DNA of 32,000 nucleotides, from positions 1 through 32,000 of the forward strand of contig JAJRZD010000015.1 of NCBI GenBank assembly GCA_024275415.1. The letters run 5' to 3'. The notes under the pieces are model-generated. The model made no database searches. It saw only the letters and a list, made by a program, of their open reading frames with translations, and was not told where the DNA came from. Below are positions 1 to 11,220 of the stretch, in pieces; within the stretch, counting starts at the first letter, position 1, and the number at the start of each line of letters is the position of its first letter. The stretch comes from an archaeon (lineage in GTDB: Archaea > Asgardarchaeota > Thorarchaeia > Thorarchaeales > Thorarchaeaceae). Position numbers and translations under genes: made by a program.

Positions 1-151
1 ATTTAATCTCCTTATACGTTTATAGCGAATCCCCTGACAAGGGAACCTGCTCGCTGTCACTTCGGGGGATGCTTTTAACGCTTTCGACAAGACCACCTGA
101 CCAATGGAATGAAGGAGCGAGTCAAGAAGAGATATATCTTGGATCTGGCCA

Positions 152-799
152 GTGGGTAATCGGTGGAGAGTCGTGCTGGAGCAGGAGTCTGCAAGAAGGG
201 GGGCGGTTGTGATGCTGAGTGTGCAGATAGTGTACGTTGTTTCTTTGTTCTTCGTGATGTTAGAACTCAAACATACAGGCAATCTGCCGGAGTATCTAAC
301 AGGTTTGCCAGTGGGTATCAGCGAGGGATTCTATCCCCTTGTTGCACTAATCCTTCTTTTGAAAGGGGATAAAGCAGAGCATGTCAGAGTCCTTCTATAT
401 GGCGTGGTTTTCATCAATCTTGCAACTGTAACAGGATACTGGGTTATGCACAATGTGTTTGGTGGGAGCGCGACACCATCTGTACTCATATCATTTCTTG
501 TCATCCCATCAATCTTCATCCTTCTTTTTGTTCGCGATATGGAGTTCGAGCAGGAATCTTACGAGATGGATCAGTTTATGCGTTTAGAGATGGAGATTGA
601 GGAGCATACTAGCATAGAAGAGGGAATGGAGTGTGTCGCGAATCATATTAGGAAACACAGCGATGAATTCGATGACGAATACTATATACGATTCTTGGAG
701 TACCTGTCGAAACGGGATGATATGATAGGAAGTGTGGCAAGGTCTAGGCTGAGAGTGGAACACATTGATGGTGCGTCCAAATCCGGTCAAGTCTTATGA
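152..799 (+). CDS. Hypothetical membrane protein (about 4 TM helices plus acidic C-terminal domain)
   Basis: 215-aa ORF with hydrophobic segments and an E/D-rich tail; start uncertain (GTG 152 or a later ATG). Confidence 0.7.
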   Translation: MGNRWRVVLEQESARRGAVVMLSVQIVYVVSLFFVMLELKHTGNLPEYLTGLPVGISEGFYPLVALILLLKGDKAEHVRVLLYGVVFINLATVTGYWVMHNVFGGSATPSVLISFLVIPSIFILLFVRDMEFEQESYEMDQFMRLEMEIEEHTSIEEGMECVANHIRKHSDEFDDEYYIRFLEYLSKRDDMIGSVARSRLRVEHIDGASKSGQVL

Positions 800-912
800 A
801 CAGGATGGTAGACCAGAAGGCATTTCAGATTAATGGCTGCGAACATATCTCCGACGATTGGACTAGATAGTTCCACGAGAAACTGATTATCGAGCGCAGA
901 GGTGTCCGTAGA

Positions 913-1299
913 TTGAACCGGTTCAGGCTTCGATTTGATGATATCCAACCGAGTCAGCTCTATATCAGTAGAACCAAGTATGTAGAGGTATTGAAGCACT
1001 TTGATCTGGGACTGGAGCCAATCCCAATCAAGGAACTCGACGGGAAACTTGTTTCAACGGATGGCCATACAAGAAGTGTTGCTTGGATCCTGAAGGGATT
1101 CAAGGAAGTCGAGTGTGAGTGGGAGGACACAGAACTGAACTGGGATGCATATCGAGTCTGTGTCAAATGGTGCAGGGAAGTCGGAATCAAATCAATGTAC
1201 GACCTACAGGACAGGTTCCTTGACCACTCTCAGTATGAAGTGCTATGGCTTGAGAGATGCCGTGTCATGCAGGAAGATCTCCAAAGACAGGGAATTTGA
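913..1299 (+). CDS. ParB/sulfiredoxin-like domain protein
   Basis: IQPSQ...PIPIKELDGKLVSTDGHTR resembles the ParB N-terminal DGHHR motif; TTG start after GAGGTG. Confidence 0.6.
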   Translation: MNRFRLRFDDIQPSQLYISRTKYVEVLKHFDLGLEPIPIKELDGKLVSTDGHTRSVAWILKGFKEVECEWEDTELNWDAYRVCVKWCREVGIKSMYDLQDRFLDHSQYEVLWLERCRVMQEDLQRQGI

Positions 1300-1347
1300 C
1301 CGCTAATGCACGAGGGAGTTCATCGGCACATCTGAGCATTGATATTA

Positions 1348-1920
1348 CTAGTTCTGCACCAGTCCACTAATCCATCCTCGGATCTGATTCCAGTCCCTGA
1401 AATCCATCACATCAGGAACCTCAGCTCCCTCGGGAAGACGGGCCTTGACTATCTTCTTGACGAGCGCGCGGGTCACGAAGTTGTATCGCTTGAAGTCGAA
1501 CATGCCGCCAAAAAGCCCAGTCGAAACAAATGCGATCTCGGGGTACTGCGCAGCAATCTTGTCCAAGTATTCGCTTTGCGCATGGTCGCAGTATTCAGGA
1601 CTTCCTGCATCTCCACACACTACAAAAAGCGCCACTTTAGATGTGGAGAGCTTGTCACGATGTCGGTCTATGAATTCTAAAGGTTCCTTTGTCCATCTAC
1701 CTGCCTGTATCCCACTCCCAACTATCACCAGGTCGTAGTCTGTGATAGGGGACGGAAGAGAGCCTTCTTTCAGGTCAACCGCATCGACCTTCGCTCCTGC
1801 TTCTTCAGCGACCTTGACCATCTCCTTGACAATCTCAGTGGTAGTCCCGTATCGAGAACGATAACATATCGCAATGTGTCCCATAGGCATCGAGTGCGAG
1901 CGCACAGAACACCTGTACAT
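1348..1920 (-). CDS. Flavodoxin-domain protein (HemG/flavodoxin_5-like)
   Basis: SRYGTT FMN phosphate loop, VIVGSGIQAGRW, FGGMFDF, DFRDW motifs; real start may be ATG 1890 or 1884. Confidence 0.85.
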   Translation of the reverse strand: MYRCSVRSHSMPMGHIAICYRSRYGTTTEIVKEMVKVAEEAGAKVDAVDLKEGSLPSPITDYDLVIVGSGIQAGRWTKEPLEFIDRHRDKLSTSKVALFVVCGDAGSPEYCDHAQSEYLDKIAAQYPEIAFVSTGLFGGMFDFKRYNFVTRALVKKIVKARLPEGAEVPDVMDFRDWNQIRGWISGLVQN

Positions 1921-2295
1921 ATACTTTCGGGAGGGGGAGTTTTATTTGGAGGGATGATGGTCTTCGCGTCATGTACTATGACAAGCTCGTGTGTCTGCGT
2001 CCTCTAGAGATGGATAATCTTTGAGGGCATCATCCCATTCCACAACCAGTGGGAACTCCGCAGATGGGCTAAGGTCTCGTCTATTACGATATCTTTCAAA
2101 ACGAGTTTTTTGACAGGTTCCCGGTAGGTGTCTCGATTGGGGCGCCTCGAGACCAATAAAAAATGAGCGCACTCACGTTGCTTCCAACGCGAGCACATCT
2201 TCGAGAGTCACATCGTGTTCCTTGCTAGGACGAGATGATTGTGCTGGGGAGGACTCGTTTGCAATGGAACGTAAAGCCGGATCCTTCAAGGAGGC

Positions 2296-2394
2296 TTATC
2301 TCCTGAAGTATGCCTCACATATTGCATTAGTAGAAACCTTCTGCCTTGGAGCCCTCGAGAGGGTTTCGCGAGCTGGAACTTTCGCTGATGCCAT
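2296..2394 (-). CDS. Putative small peptide (32 aa) MASAKVPARETLSRAPRQKVSTNAICEAYFRR
   Basis: ATG preceded by GAGGT; similar to the upstream peptide; below the ORF-track length cutoff. Confidence 0.35.
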   Translation of the reverse strand: MASAKVPARETLSRAPRQKVSTNAICEAYFRR

Positions 2395-2399
2395 GATTA

Positions 2400-2501
2400 T
2401 TACCTCACAACAAACGCGAAGGCATAGCCTACCGCCTTGGTCGAGATGACTGGAGCGTTCTTCTTCGTGTTCCGAGTCCGGTTATTAGTTGCTAGAGCCA
2501 T
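2400..2501 (-). CDS. Putative small peptide (33 aa) MALATNNRTRNTKKNAPVISTKAVGYAFAFVVR
   Basis: TATATATA box at 2534-2541, about 33 nt upstream of the ATG; ends in TAATAA. Confidence 0.35.
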   Translation of the reverse strand: MALATNNRTRNTKKNAPVISTKAVGYAFAFVVR

Positions 2502-2533
2502 GATGTTTCACGAGAATTACTGCTCATCTTCAG

Positions 2534-2541
2534 TATATATA
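2534..2541 (-). promoter_or_regulatory. TATA box candidate for the small-ORF cluster
   Basis: TATATATA in intergenic DNA at archaeal promoter spacing from ATG 2501. Confidence 0.4.
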
Positions 2542-2597
2542 GCGAAGCCACAACACAGGGTCACAGAAGTGGGTCACAATTTGTTACTATGGTCTGG

Positions 2598-3524
2598 TCA
2601 AGAAGGAGTGGTTTCATCGTGGTGCCGAGTAGTGAGATACCTCTGCGAAACGACCACTCCAAGGATGGTGAGAGCCCCGCCTGTGACCTGAAGGAACGAG
2701 GTAGGTTCTCCCAGTAAGAAGACAGCCATAACAAGTCCCCAGACTCCGATAAGATTGAGTGCTATCTGCACTCTCGATGCTTCGATGTGTTTCATGCTCT
2801 CATAGTAGAAAATGAACGCGATGACCGAGTTCACAACCCCGACCCAGACGACTACCAGCCACGAAATCGGGCCAAGCCTGGGCAGGACGGATAGATCCTC
2901 ATAGATTGCCGCTGATAGCCACAGGAAAGGCACTGCAAAAAGCGTGCTGAACGCGGTGACAGAAATCGAGTCCACTTCCGCCACCGCGATTTTTCCTGCG
3001 ATACCATTGAGAGCGAACAGAAGCGTGGAGATGATGATGAGCAGGTCGCCGGCTATTCGTACAAGCCCAAACTCACTATCTAACGGGACACCTCCCAAAA
3101 CGATGAACGATGCGCCAACAGTCGCAAGAACCAGCCCTCCAACCTTGTCTATCGTTATCGGTTCCTTGAGCATTGGGGCAGCGAGGATGACCGCAAAGAC
3201 GGGACTCATATTAAGTAACAGGAGAGTTTCACCCGCACTCGTCATGCTCAGACCGATGTACTGCAAGACCTGAGAGAGAAAGGGGCCGAGCAGTCCGGCC
3301 AGTAGGATGCTCTTCCAATATGCCTTGGAGTTCGATAGTTTCTCCTCACTCCCCTTGGACAGCAATACAAGGACAACAAGGAATGGGCTTGCGATAGTAT
3401 AGCGGAGTGCCACGAAGATGATGGGCGTCATCTCCACATAGATCATCTTTGCAAGGATGAGCGAAGATGCCCACATCAAGGTCGTGAGCAGCAATGCTGC
3501 CCATGCAAGATAGAGCTTCTTCAT
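2598..3524 (-). CDS. EamA/DMT family transporter
   Basis: 308 aa, about 10 TM helices in two repeats, LLLNMSPVFAVILAAPMLKEPIT motif. Confidence 0.92.
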   Translation of the reverse strand: MKKLYLAWAALLLTTLMWASSLILAKMIYVEMTPIIFVALRYTIASPFLVVLVLLSKGSEEKLSNSKAYWKSILLAGLLGPFLSQVLQYIGLSMTSAGETLLLLNMSPVFAVILAAPMLKEPITIDKVGGLVLATVGASFIVLGGVPLDSEFGLVRIAGDLLIIISTLLFALNGIAGKIAVAEVDSISVTAFSTLFAVPFLWLSAAIYEDLSVLPRLGPISWLVVVWVGVVNSVIAFIFYYESMKHIEASRVQIALNLIGVWGLVMAVFLLGEPTSFLQVTGGALTILGVVVSQRYLTTRHHDETTPS

Positions 3525-3615
3525 CGCAAAGTCCCTCCGTCAAAATACTACTATCCTGTGTCACTCCTAGCATCACATCAGGTGACTCACTAGATGCAAA
3601 GATTGGAATCATTGT

Positions 3616-3909
3616 TCAGAAGTGCCGAGCTTCTGCACCCCACTTATACTCTTCCACCGCCGACCGCTCAAGAACCTCTCTGGCGAATGCCCACATGACC
3701 TTGGCGAAGTTCTCACTCTCAATCTCCAAGACCCAGCCTGTCCATGGTGTGTAGAGGTCGATCTCCGGTCGGTAGTCACGTTCCCTGTGCTGTAAGACGA
3801 AGACCCCTGAGTCCAGTCTGAGAATACGGATGTGATACCGGTCTGTTCGATACTCAGCCCTAACCGTGGTGTCATCCGCTTGGAAGTCACTTATGTCAGG
3901 TTCGAACAT
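3616..3909 (-). CDS. Hypothetical protein (about 97 aa)
   Basis: Protein-like composition from MFEPDISDF onward; start assigned to ATG 3909. Confidence 0.65.
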   Translation of the reverse strand: MFEPDISDFQADDTTVRAEYRTDRYHIRILRLDSGVFVLQHRERDYRPEIDLYTPWTGWVLEIESENFAKVMWAFAREVLERSAVEEYKWGAEARHF

Positions 3910-4066
3910 CGTATCATGCCCAGTAGTATAATGACATCTTCCGGCTAAGTGCTTTCGTATTACCAATGGATATCGAGATTGATGCCAGAATTTTATTTCT
4001 GATATGCATGATTCTCATGTAATCTGGTGGAGGATTCGAATCTAAGGTGTTCCGTGTCACCTCGGT

Positions 4067-4813
4067 TCACTTTTTGAATCCGACGTATACCAACACGCTT
4101 ACTTTCAATGCCAACGAATATGTTATCATATCCAGTCGCATCTTTCTCAGGAAGCGTACCATACGAGAGGTCAGGCGATCCCCGATGGGGTTAATCCCTA
4201 GGAACTTGTGCTGGACATATATCTTCGTTAGGTCGGTGAACTTGAAATTCCTCCTCTCAAGTAATGAGTCGAGCCTTTTACGGGTGTACGGCCAGTAGTT
4301 GATGTAGTCCTTGTTCCTGACCCTCTTACAGACGGGATGCCATGCCACTCGCGGAAGCCATGTCAGCAGAGGAATCAGGGTGTGAGGCTCAATCAGCTGC
4401 CATCGATTCATGACACTGATGTATACCAGACCGGCAGGCTTGAGGACTCGGTGAACCTCTTTCATGACCTGCTCTATGTTGTGATATGAGATATGCTCAA
4501 GGACATCATTGAGGAGAACTGTGTCAAAGCTTGCGTCTTCAAAGGGGAACTGAATACCATCATAATGACGGAACTCCGTGTTCGGGAATTGCTCTCGTGC
4601 CTTCTTCACGAACCCCTCGTTGACCTCGATTCCTACTGAGTCAATCCCTCGATCAGAGAATGCACTGATTATTGCCCCGTTGCCAAATCCAACATCCAGT
4701 ATCCTTGAAGGGCTATGATTGGCAATACGAAATGCCCTGTCTATCTCTCGTGCCCTGATACGTCGCTTCGCCAGAGTTTGCTTGCTGTGATGCGCTTCCG
4801 ATGGCCCTGTCAT
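4067..4813 (-). CDS. Class I SAM-dependent methyltransferase
   Basis: ILDVGFGNG motif I, FPFEDASFDTVLLNDVLEH, VLKPAG. Confidence 0.92.
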   Translation of the reverse strand: MTGPSEAHHSKQTLAKRRIRAREIDRAFRIANHSPSRILDVGFGNGAIISAFSDRGIDSVGIEVNEGFVKKAREQFPNTEFRHYDGIQFPFEDASFDTVLLNDVLEHISYHNIEQVMKEVHRVLKPAGLVYISVMNRWQLIEPHTLIPLLTWLPRVAWHPVCKRVRNKDYINYWPYTRKRLDSLLERRNFKFTDLTKIYVQHKFLGINPIGDRLTSRMVRFLRKMRLDMITYSLALKVSVLVYVGFKK

Positions 4814-4992
4814 TTGCTTGTGGATGACCTGGTTGTAGATAATAACCTTGTCCTGCTATCGAATGAGGGATTTCTATACGCTCTGATTGATTCACATACC
4901 ATACTGCAGATAGTCCAACATAATCGCACTCGTGTGCTTTTTGCCCAAAGGACGATGTTCGGTACGGATATCCGTGCTCGTGTCGATTCTGA

Positions 4993-5661
4993 TTATCGTG
5001 CGGAACGTGCCACACGCTCACGCTCTTCCTTCCTTGCGATAGCGAAACTTGCAGTGTCACCCTTGTATGCAAGAAGGAGCTCATCCACGACACATTCCTC
5101 AAGGCTCTTGGCACTCTTGTGAGCGTTACGAACCGCACCTACAGCCAGATATCTGAGAGCCAAGTCGATGCGCCGCTGCGGTGCGACGTCTACTGAACGC
5201 GGATATGCCATTCCACCGTAGGATATTCGGGTGGTCTCCTCTGCCGGAGCTGCGTTCTCCACCGCCGTGACTAGCACTTGAATAGGATTCATTCCGGTCC
5301 TGTAGTGTATCATCTCAAACGCCCTATGAAGGACATTGATAGCCTTTGCCTTCTTCCCCGCATTCCGACCTGTGCGGGTCTTCTTGTCTTTCCGGCGCCC
5401 TGCATTCAGCAACTTGTTGACGTATCGCTCTACTATTGGTACTCGTGATTTCCTGAACCTTCTGTGTGCATGCCGCCCTGATGTGTGCGGAATCAAAACC
5501 GGCCTCAGTGAGATGTACTTGACCAGCCCGGGATCCTTTACCTCCACCTCGCTTGAGTCCCACTTGCCGAATAACAATAGGTCGGGCGCTACTCGCATCA
5601 CCGTCGTTTCGACCTCTACCTCGCCTTCACTGATTCGCTCTTCTTCAGACATCTCTACCAC
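4993..5661 (-). CDS. rps7: 30S ribosomal protein uS7
   Basis: NPIQVLVTAVENAAPAEETTRISYGG, VDVAPQRRIDLALR; GTG 5661 or ATG 5652 start. Confidence 0.98.
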   Translation of the reverse strand: MVEMSEEERISEGEVEVETTVMRVAPDLLLFGKWDSSEVEVKDPGLVKYISLRPVLIPHTSGRHAHRRFRKSRVPIVERYVNKLLNAGRRKDKKTRTGRNAGKKAKAINVLHRAFEMIHYRTGMNPIQVLVTAVENAAPAEETTRISYGGMAYPRSVDVAPQRRIDLALRYLAVGAVRNAHKSAKSLEECVVDELLLAYKGDTASFAIARKEERERVARSAR

Positions 5662-6105
5662 CTATCGTATCGGCTTCTCCCTCTTCCCGTATATTAAGGA
5701 CTCCAAACTCACGCCGTTCACCTTGACAACTTTCCATCTTACGCCTGGCAAATCTCCCATAGCGCCACCCATGGCACCACCAATCCCCTCGACCGTCACC
5801 CTATCATGCTCGTCGATGTATTTTAGAGCTCCATCACCGGGTAAGAACGCAGTGATCTGTTTACCATTCTTAGAGAGTTGCATCCGAACTGCCTTACGGA
5901 TGGCAGAGTTTGGCTGCTTGCTTTCTATGCCAACCTTCTCAAGGACTATGCCTCTTGCCTGCGGGGCACCTTCGAGAGGGTCAGTTTTCTTCTTGAGTTT
6001 GAGGGTACGGCTTTTGTAGCTTGCCTTCTTCCATCTGAAGCGTTTGCGTTTTCGACTGAGTGGCCTTGCGGCGAACTCTCCGAGTGGACTTTTAGTTGGT
6101 GACAA
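5662..6105 (-). CDS. rps12: 30S ribosomal protein uS12
   Basis: [26 protein letters not shown]; TTG 6105 preceded by GAGGT. Confidence 0.98.
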   Translation of the reverse strand: MSPTKSPLGEFAARPLSRKRKRFRWKKASYKSRTLKLKKKTDPLEGAPQARGIVLEKVGIESKQPNSAIRKAVRMQLSKNGKQITAFLPGDGALKYIDEHDRVTVEGIGGAMGGAMGDLPGVRWKVVKVNGVSLESLIYGKREKPIR

Positions 6106-6218
6106 TGTGAATGACCTCTTTGTAGATATACGGTGCATACCCGAGTGGGGTGTGCGAAGTGAGTGGTCAGAGCACCCGCTTTTCGTATGCTTAAAAGCAT
6201 TATGAAACGGAGAGGGAA

Positions 6219-6653
6219 TCAGGCTATCATGACGTTCTCGAGTTCAAAGTGACGGCGGACGAGGATACGGGCGCGGGCGACATTACGTCCGCCTTTGCCG
6301 ATGGCAATGCCACGGTCTTCCTTCTTCACGGTGACGTAGGCGATGAGGTTGCCTTCGCGGTTCTCGGTGACCTTGACCTTCTCGACTCGGGCTGGTGCCA
6401 GAGCGCTCTTGACGAAGTCCTCCACAGTGTCAGCCATCTCGACGATATCCACATCCCTGCCGAAGGCATCGGCCACTGCGCGAACCTTCTCACCGCCCCT
6501 TCCGACGGCGAGCCCGAGCTGTTTCTGACGGACGACGAAGATGAGTCTGTTGCCCTTGTCGTCGCGTACCACATCCACAGCGCTGACGTTAGTGATGCGC
6601 TCGAATATAGCAATGAGCTGCATATCGTCCATGGAAAGCTTGATGTTGGGCAA
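6219..6653 (-). CDS. nusA: Archaeal NusA (two KH domains)
   Basis: GLAVGRGG and [12 protein letters not shown] motifs; canonical operon position. Confidence 0.96.
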   Translation of the reverse strand: MPNIKLSMDDMQLIAIFERITNVSAVDVVRDDKGNRLIFVVRQKQLGLAVGRGGEKVRAVADAFGRDVDIVEMADTVEDFVKSALAPARVEKVKVTENREGNLIAYVTVKKEDRGIAIGKGGRNVARARILVRRHFELENVMIA

Positions 6654-6664
6654 ATCCTATCGCC

Positions 6665-6982
6665 TCAGCCCATTTTCAGGATCTTGGAGTCTCCGGGTTC
6701 AAGCACTGCGATGGCAGAAATCATGAATGGTTTCCCAACGGTTTCACCGAGGTCCCACGAGGTGCCCTCGAAAGTCTGTACTTTGACCCCTCCGAGCTGG
6801 GCATATCGCTCGATGTCGTCGCGTTCGTTCTGTGGGCAGTTGGCGGCGACCACGACTAGCTTGGCCTCGCCGTTCTTGATGGCGTCGATGGATGACTTGG
6901 CGCCGATCTTGCACTTGCCTGTGCTCACTGCGCTGGCGATTTGCTGATTTAGGCTCAATTGTCTAACCTCTTTCTTGTTCAA
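6665..6982 (-). CDS. rpl30e: 50S ribosomal protein eL30
   Basis: AKLVVVAANCP, GTSWDLGETVGKPF, PGDSKIL. Confidence 0.96.
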   Translation of the reverse strand: MNKKEVRQLSLNQQIASAVSTGKCKIGAKSSIDAIKNGEAKLVVVAANCPQNERDDIERYAQLGGVKVQTFEGTSWDLGETVGKPFMISAIAVLEPGDSKILKMG

Positions 6983-7056
6983 CTGTGACTTGTGATAAGC
7001 CCAGAAACTGGTCTGCTACTTGGGCTCTTTTGTTTTAACGATTCCGCTCTAGCACG

Positions 7057-8292
<1,236 letters not shown>

Positions 8293-8567
8293 CTACCTCC
8301 TTGGTAGTATTCTGGACGATAATGACCAAATTACTCTTTGACATGTCTAAAGTGAAGAATCATTGGGTTCTAGAGATTGCTCCAACGGGGATTGTATAAA
8401 ACCATTTGGATAAGCTCCACCTGTCCATTCATGTTCTGAAATTATATCTTTTTACTAAGACCACACAGTAGAATCTTGTTCCGAATGCTTGTCGTACGTT
8501 TCAATTGCCTATTGTTAGGTCACAGACACGAAGATATACATCCCAAGATTCCTTTCAGTGGTGGTTG

Positions 8568-11219
8568 CTACACTCGTCCTTTCCCAAGAACCTTCTCGAT
8601 AGCGATATCAATGTTCACCGAACGCCCGTGGTCGGACTTGCTCGGATCCACGCCATCATCACCGAACCTGAACTGGACAATCCGTCCAGGGGCAGTCCGG
8701 ACAGTCCCATCGGACTCGACCTTCAGGTCTTGTAAGGCTGTCATGAGCCGTCGCTGCATATACCCAGATGTAGACGTACGTACCGCGGTGTCGACGAGAC
8801 CCTCTCGACCTCCTGCCGCGTGGAACCAGTATTCTATGGGATCCAACCCGCTCTTGTAGCTTGACTTGACGAATCCCCGCGCTCTAGCACCGAGATCACC
8901 ACGTTCGAAGTGAGGAAGGGTTCGTCCGATGTACCCTCGGCTGATACGGCCGCCACGGACAGACTGCTGTCCGACAACAGCTGCCATCTGCGAAAGATTG
9001 AGTCGTGAACCGCGGGCACCAGTCTGTGCCATGATGACAGCAGAGTTCTCCAGACCCAGATGTTCTCCTGCGACAGCACCTGCCGAGTCACGTGCTTCAG
9101 CAAGGGTTGCCTGTATCCGTTGCTCAAGGGTTTCAAGAAGGGTCTGTCCGGGGTTCGCGTCAAGCTCGCCGCGCTTGTATGCCTCGATTAGCTGGTTGAC
9201 TTTCTGGTCTGCTTCTTCGAGGATGATACGGATACGCTCTGATGCCTCGCGGGGCAGTGTGACATCGTTCAGTCCCATTGAAAAGCCACGGTCTGTGATA
9301 AGACGAACCAGCAGTCTACCTACTGAGTCCAGGAACTTCCGTGCGGTGGTGGAACCTCGCTCCTTGATGATCCGATGGAACAGTGAGTCGGGCTCACCTG
9401 CACCGAATGCCTTCTCATCAACGACACCAAAGAGGAGCTCTCCATTGCGGACGACCACATACGAATCGTAAGGACAGTCCTCCATCTCGCACTTGTCGCA
9501 CTTCCTGCAGACGTTTGCCTTGAAGGAGATGTTGATGTCGTCAGGGATGAACAAGCTGAATATCTGCTTCCCAGTCCACAGCGGGATAGGCGCCTTGATG
9601 GCAGGAGCTGGTAGCTCACCAGCAAAACCTGTGACTGCTGTGAGCTGGTTCACTTGGTTCAGGGTGTACAAGCTCGATTTCCGTGTGAGTAGGAATGCTG
9701 CTGAGATATAGTCCTGAAGGGCCCCTATGATGGGACCGCCGTATCGTGGCGACAGGATCTGCTCCTGCACCCTCATCAGAACCCGTGCCTCAGCACGAGC
9801 CTCTTCAGATTGTGGCACATGAAGGTTCATCTCGTCCCCATCAAAGTCTGCGTTGTACGGAGGACAGACGTATAGTGCCAGCCGGAAAGTCCTGTAGGGC
9901 ATCACTCGAACCTCGTGTGCCATGATGGACATCCTGTGCAGTGATGGCTGCCGGTTGAATAGGACGATATCACCCGAGTCCAGATGCCTTTCCACGATGA
10001 ACCCTGGCTCAATCGTGTCCGCGATAATCGACCTGTCCTTCACGAATCGCAGGTCCACTCGCCGCCCATCCGACCGGATGAGATAGTTGCACCCAGGATG
10101 CCTGTCAGGACCCCGAATGACCAAATCCTTCATCCTCTCGATGTTCCACTCCGTCACTCGCTCCGGTATCGTCAGTATCGTCGCAATCTGCTCCGGCACA
10201 CCCACCTCGTTCATGCTCAGGTTCGGGTCGGGGGAAATCACCGTCCGTGCCGAGAAATCCACTCGTTTGCCCGAGAGGTTCGACCTGAATCGCCCCTCTT
10301 TGCCTTTCAGTCGCTGTGAGAGTGTGCGCAACGCCCTCCCCGACCTGTGTCGTGCCGGCGGTATCCCGCTCACTCCATTATCGAAGTAGGTGGTCGTGTG
10401 ATATTGGAGAAGTTCCCATAGGTCCTCGACAATTAATTGTGGCGCTCCAGCTTCTAGGTTTTCACGGAGCCTCTGATTGATACGGATGATGTCAATGAGT
10501 TTATGGCTCAGGTCGTCCTCTGACCTGACACCTGACTCGAGAGTGATAGAGGGTCTTACAGTGACAGGAGGGACGGCAAGAACGGTGAGGATGGACCACT
10601 CAAGCCTAGCGGCTTCGGGGTTGATCCCAAGGAGGCGATAATCATCGTCAAGGATATTCTCCAATCGTGCTCGGATGTCAATAGGAGTGAGCCGGACAGA
10701 GCCTGCGTCGCTGACCTCGTAGATTGAGGTGGGTTTCTCAAGTTTGAGTTTAAGTTGTTCAGATTCACAATGGGGACAGGTCTTAGCCTTGGAGGCGCGT
10801 TTGATGATCTCTTTAGAGAGGTTGGCTGTCTTTTGTCCAATCTCAGGATATCGTTTGAAGAGGCGTTTGAAATGATCTATTTCTTCTTCTGTCAGAAGGA
10901 TGCGTTGACAGGACCTGCACACAGATCGAAGGACTTTGTGTATGACCTTTGCATATCCAGCATGCATCACTGGACGTGCCAGTTCGATATGTCCGAAATG
11001 GCCAGGGCAGTTCCCGACACGGTTTCCGCAGGTTCTACACCGTTGACCAGGGTCAATCACGCCAAGCCGAGTATCCATAATTCCGCTCTCAATAGGATAA
11101 CCATCTTCATCATAAGTGTCGGCTACAACTATCTGGGCGACAGACATCTTACGGATATCATCGGGACTGAGCAACCCGAATTCGATTTCAGCAATCTTCT
11201 TGGTAGTACTAACCATCAT
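8568..11219 (-). CDS. rpoA1: RNA polymerase subunit A' (Rpo1N)
   Basis: YNADFDGDEMN catalytic motif, GHFGHIELARP, GKRVDFSARTVISPDP. Confidence 0.99.
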   Translation of the reverse strand: MMVSTTKKIAEIEFGLLSPDDIRKMSVAQIVVADTYDEDGYPIESGIMDTRLGVIDPGQRCRTCGNRVGNCPGHFGHIELARPVMHAGYAKVIHKVLRSVCRSCQRILLTEEEIDHFKRLFKRYPEIGQKTANLSKEIIKRASKAKTCPHCESEQLKLKLEKPTSIYEVSDAGSVRLTPIDIRARLENILDDDYRLLGINPEAARLEWSILTVLAVPPVTVRPSITLESGVRSEDDLSHKLIDIIRINQRLRENLEAGAPQLIVEDLWELLQYHTTTYFDNGVSGIPPARHRSGRALRTLSQRLKGKEGRFRSNLSGKRVDFSARTVISPDPNLSMNEVGVPEQIATILTIPERVTEWNIERMKDLVIRGPDRHPGCNYLIRSDGRRVDLRFVKDRSIIADTIEPGFIVERHLDSGDIVLFNRQPSLHRMSIMAHEVRVMPYRTFRLALYVCPPYNADFDGDEMNLHVPQSEEARAEARVLMRVQEQILSPRYGGPIIGALQDYISAAFLLTRKSSLYTLNQVNQLTAVTGFAGELPAPAIKAPIPLWTGKQIFSLFIPDDINISFKANVCRKCDKCEMEDCPYDSYVVVRNGELLFGVVDEKAFGAGEPDSLFHRIIKERGSTTARKFLDSVGRLLVRLITDRGFSMGLNDVTLPREASERIRIILEEADQKVNQLIEAYKRGELDANPGQTLLETLEQRIQATLAEARDSAGAVAGEHLGLENSAVIMAQTGARGSRLNLSQMAAVVGQQSVRGGRISRGYIGRTLPHFERGDLGARARGFVKSSYKSGLDPIEYWFHAAGGREGLVDTAVRTSTSGYMQRRLMTALQDLKVESDGTVRTAPGRIVQFRFGDDGVDPSKSDHGRSVNIDIAIEKVLGKGRV

Positions 11220-11220
11220 C

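Noticed and set aside
1969-2198. ORF-track entries 1969-2172 and 2004-2198
   Set aside because: They overlap each other, have no motif or clear RBS, and neither can be supported.
5360-5405. Roughly 10-aa expansion in uS7 (GRRKDKKTRT) as a hidden in-frame intron
   Set aside because: No hairpin or BHB geometry and no stops; it falls in a loop known to vary in length among archaeal uS7.
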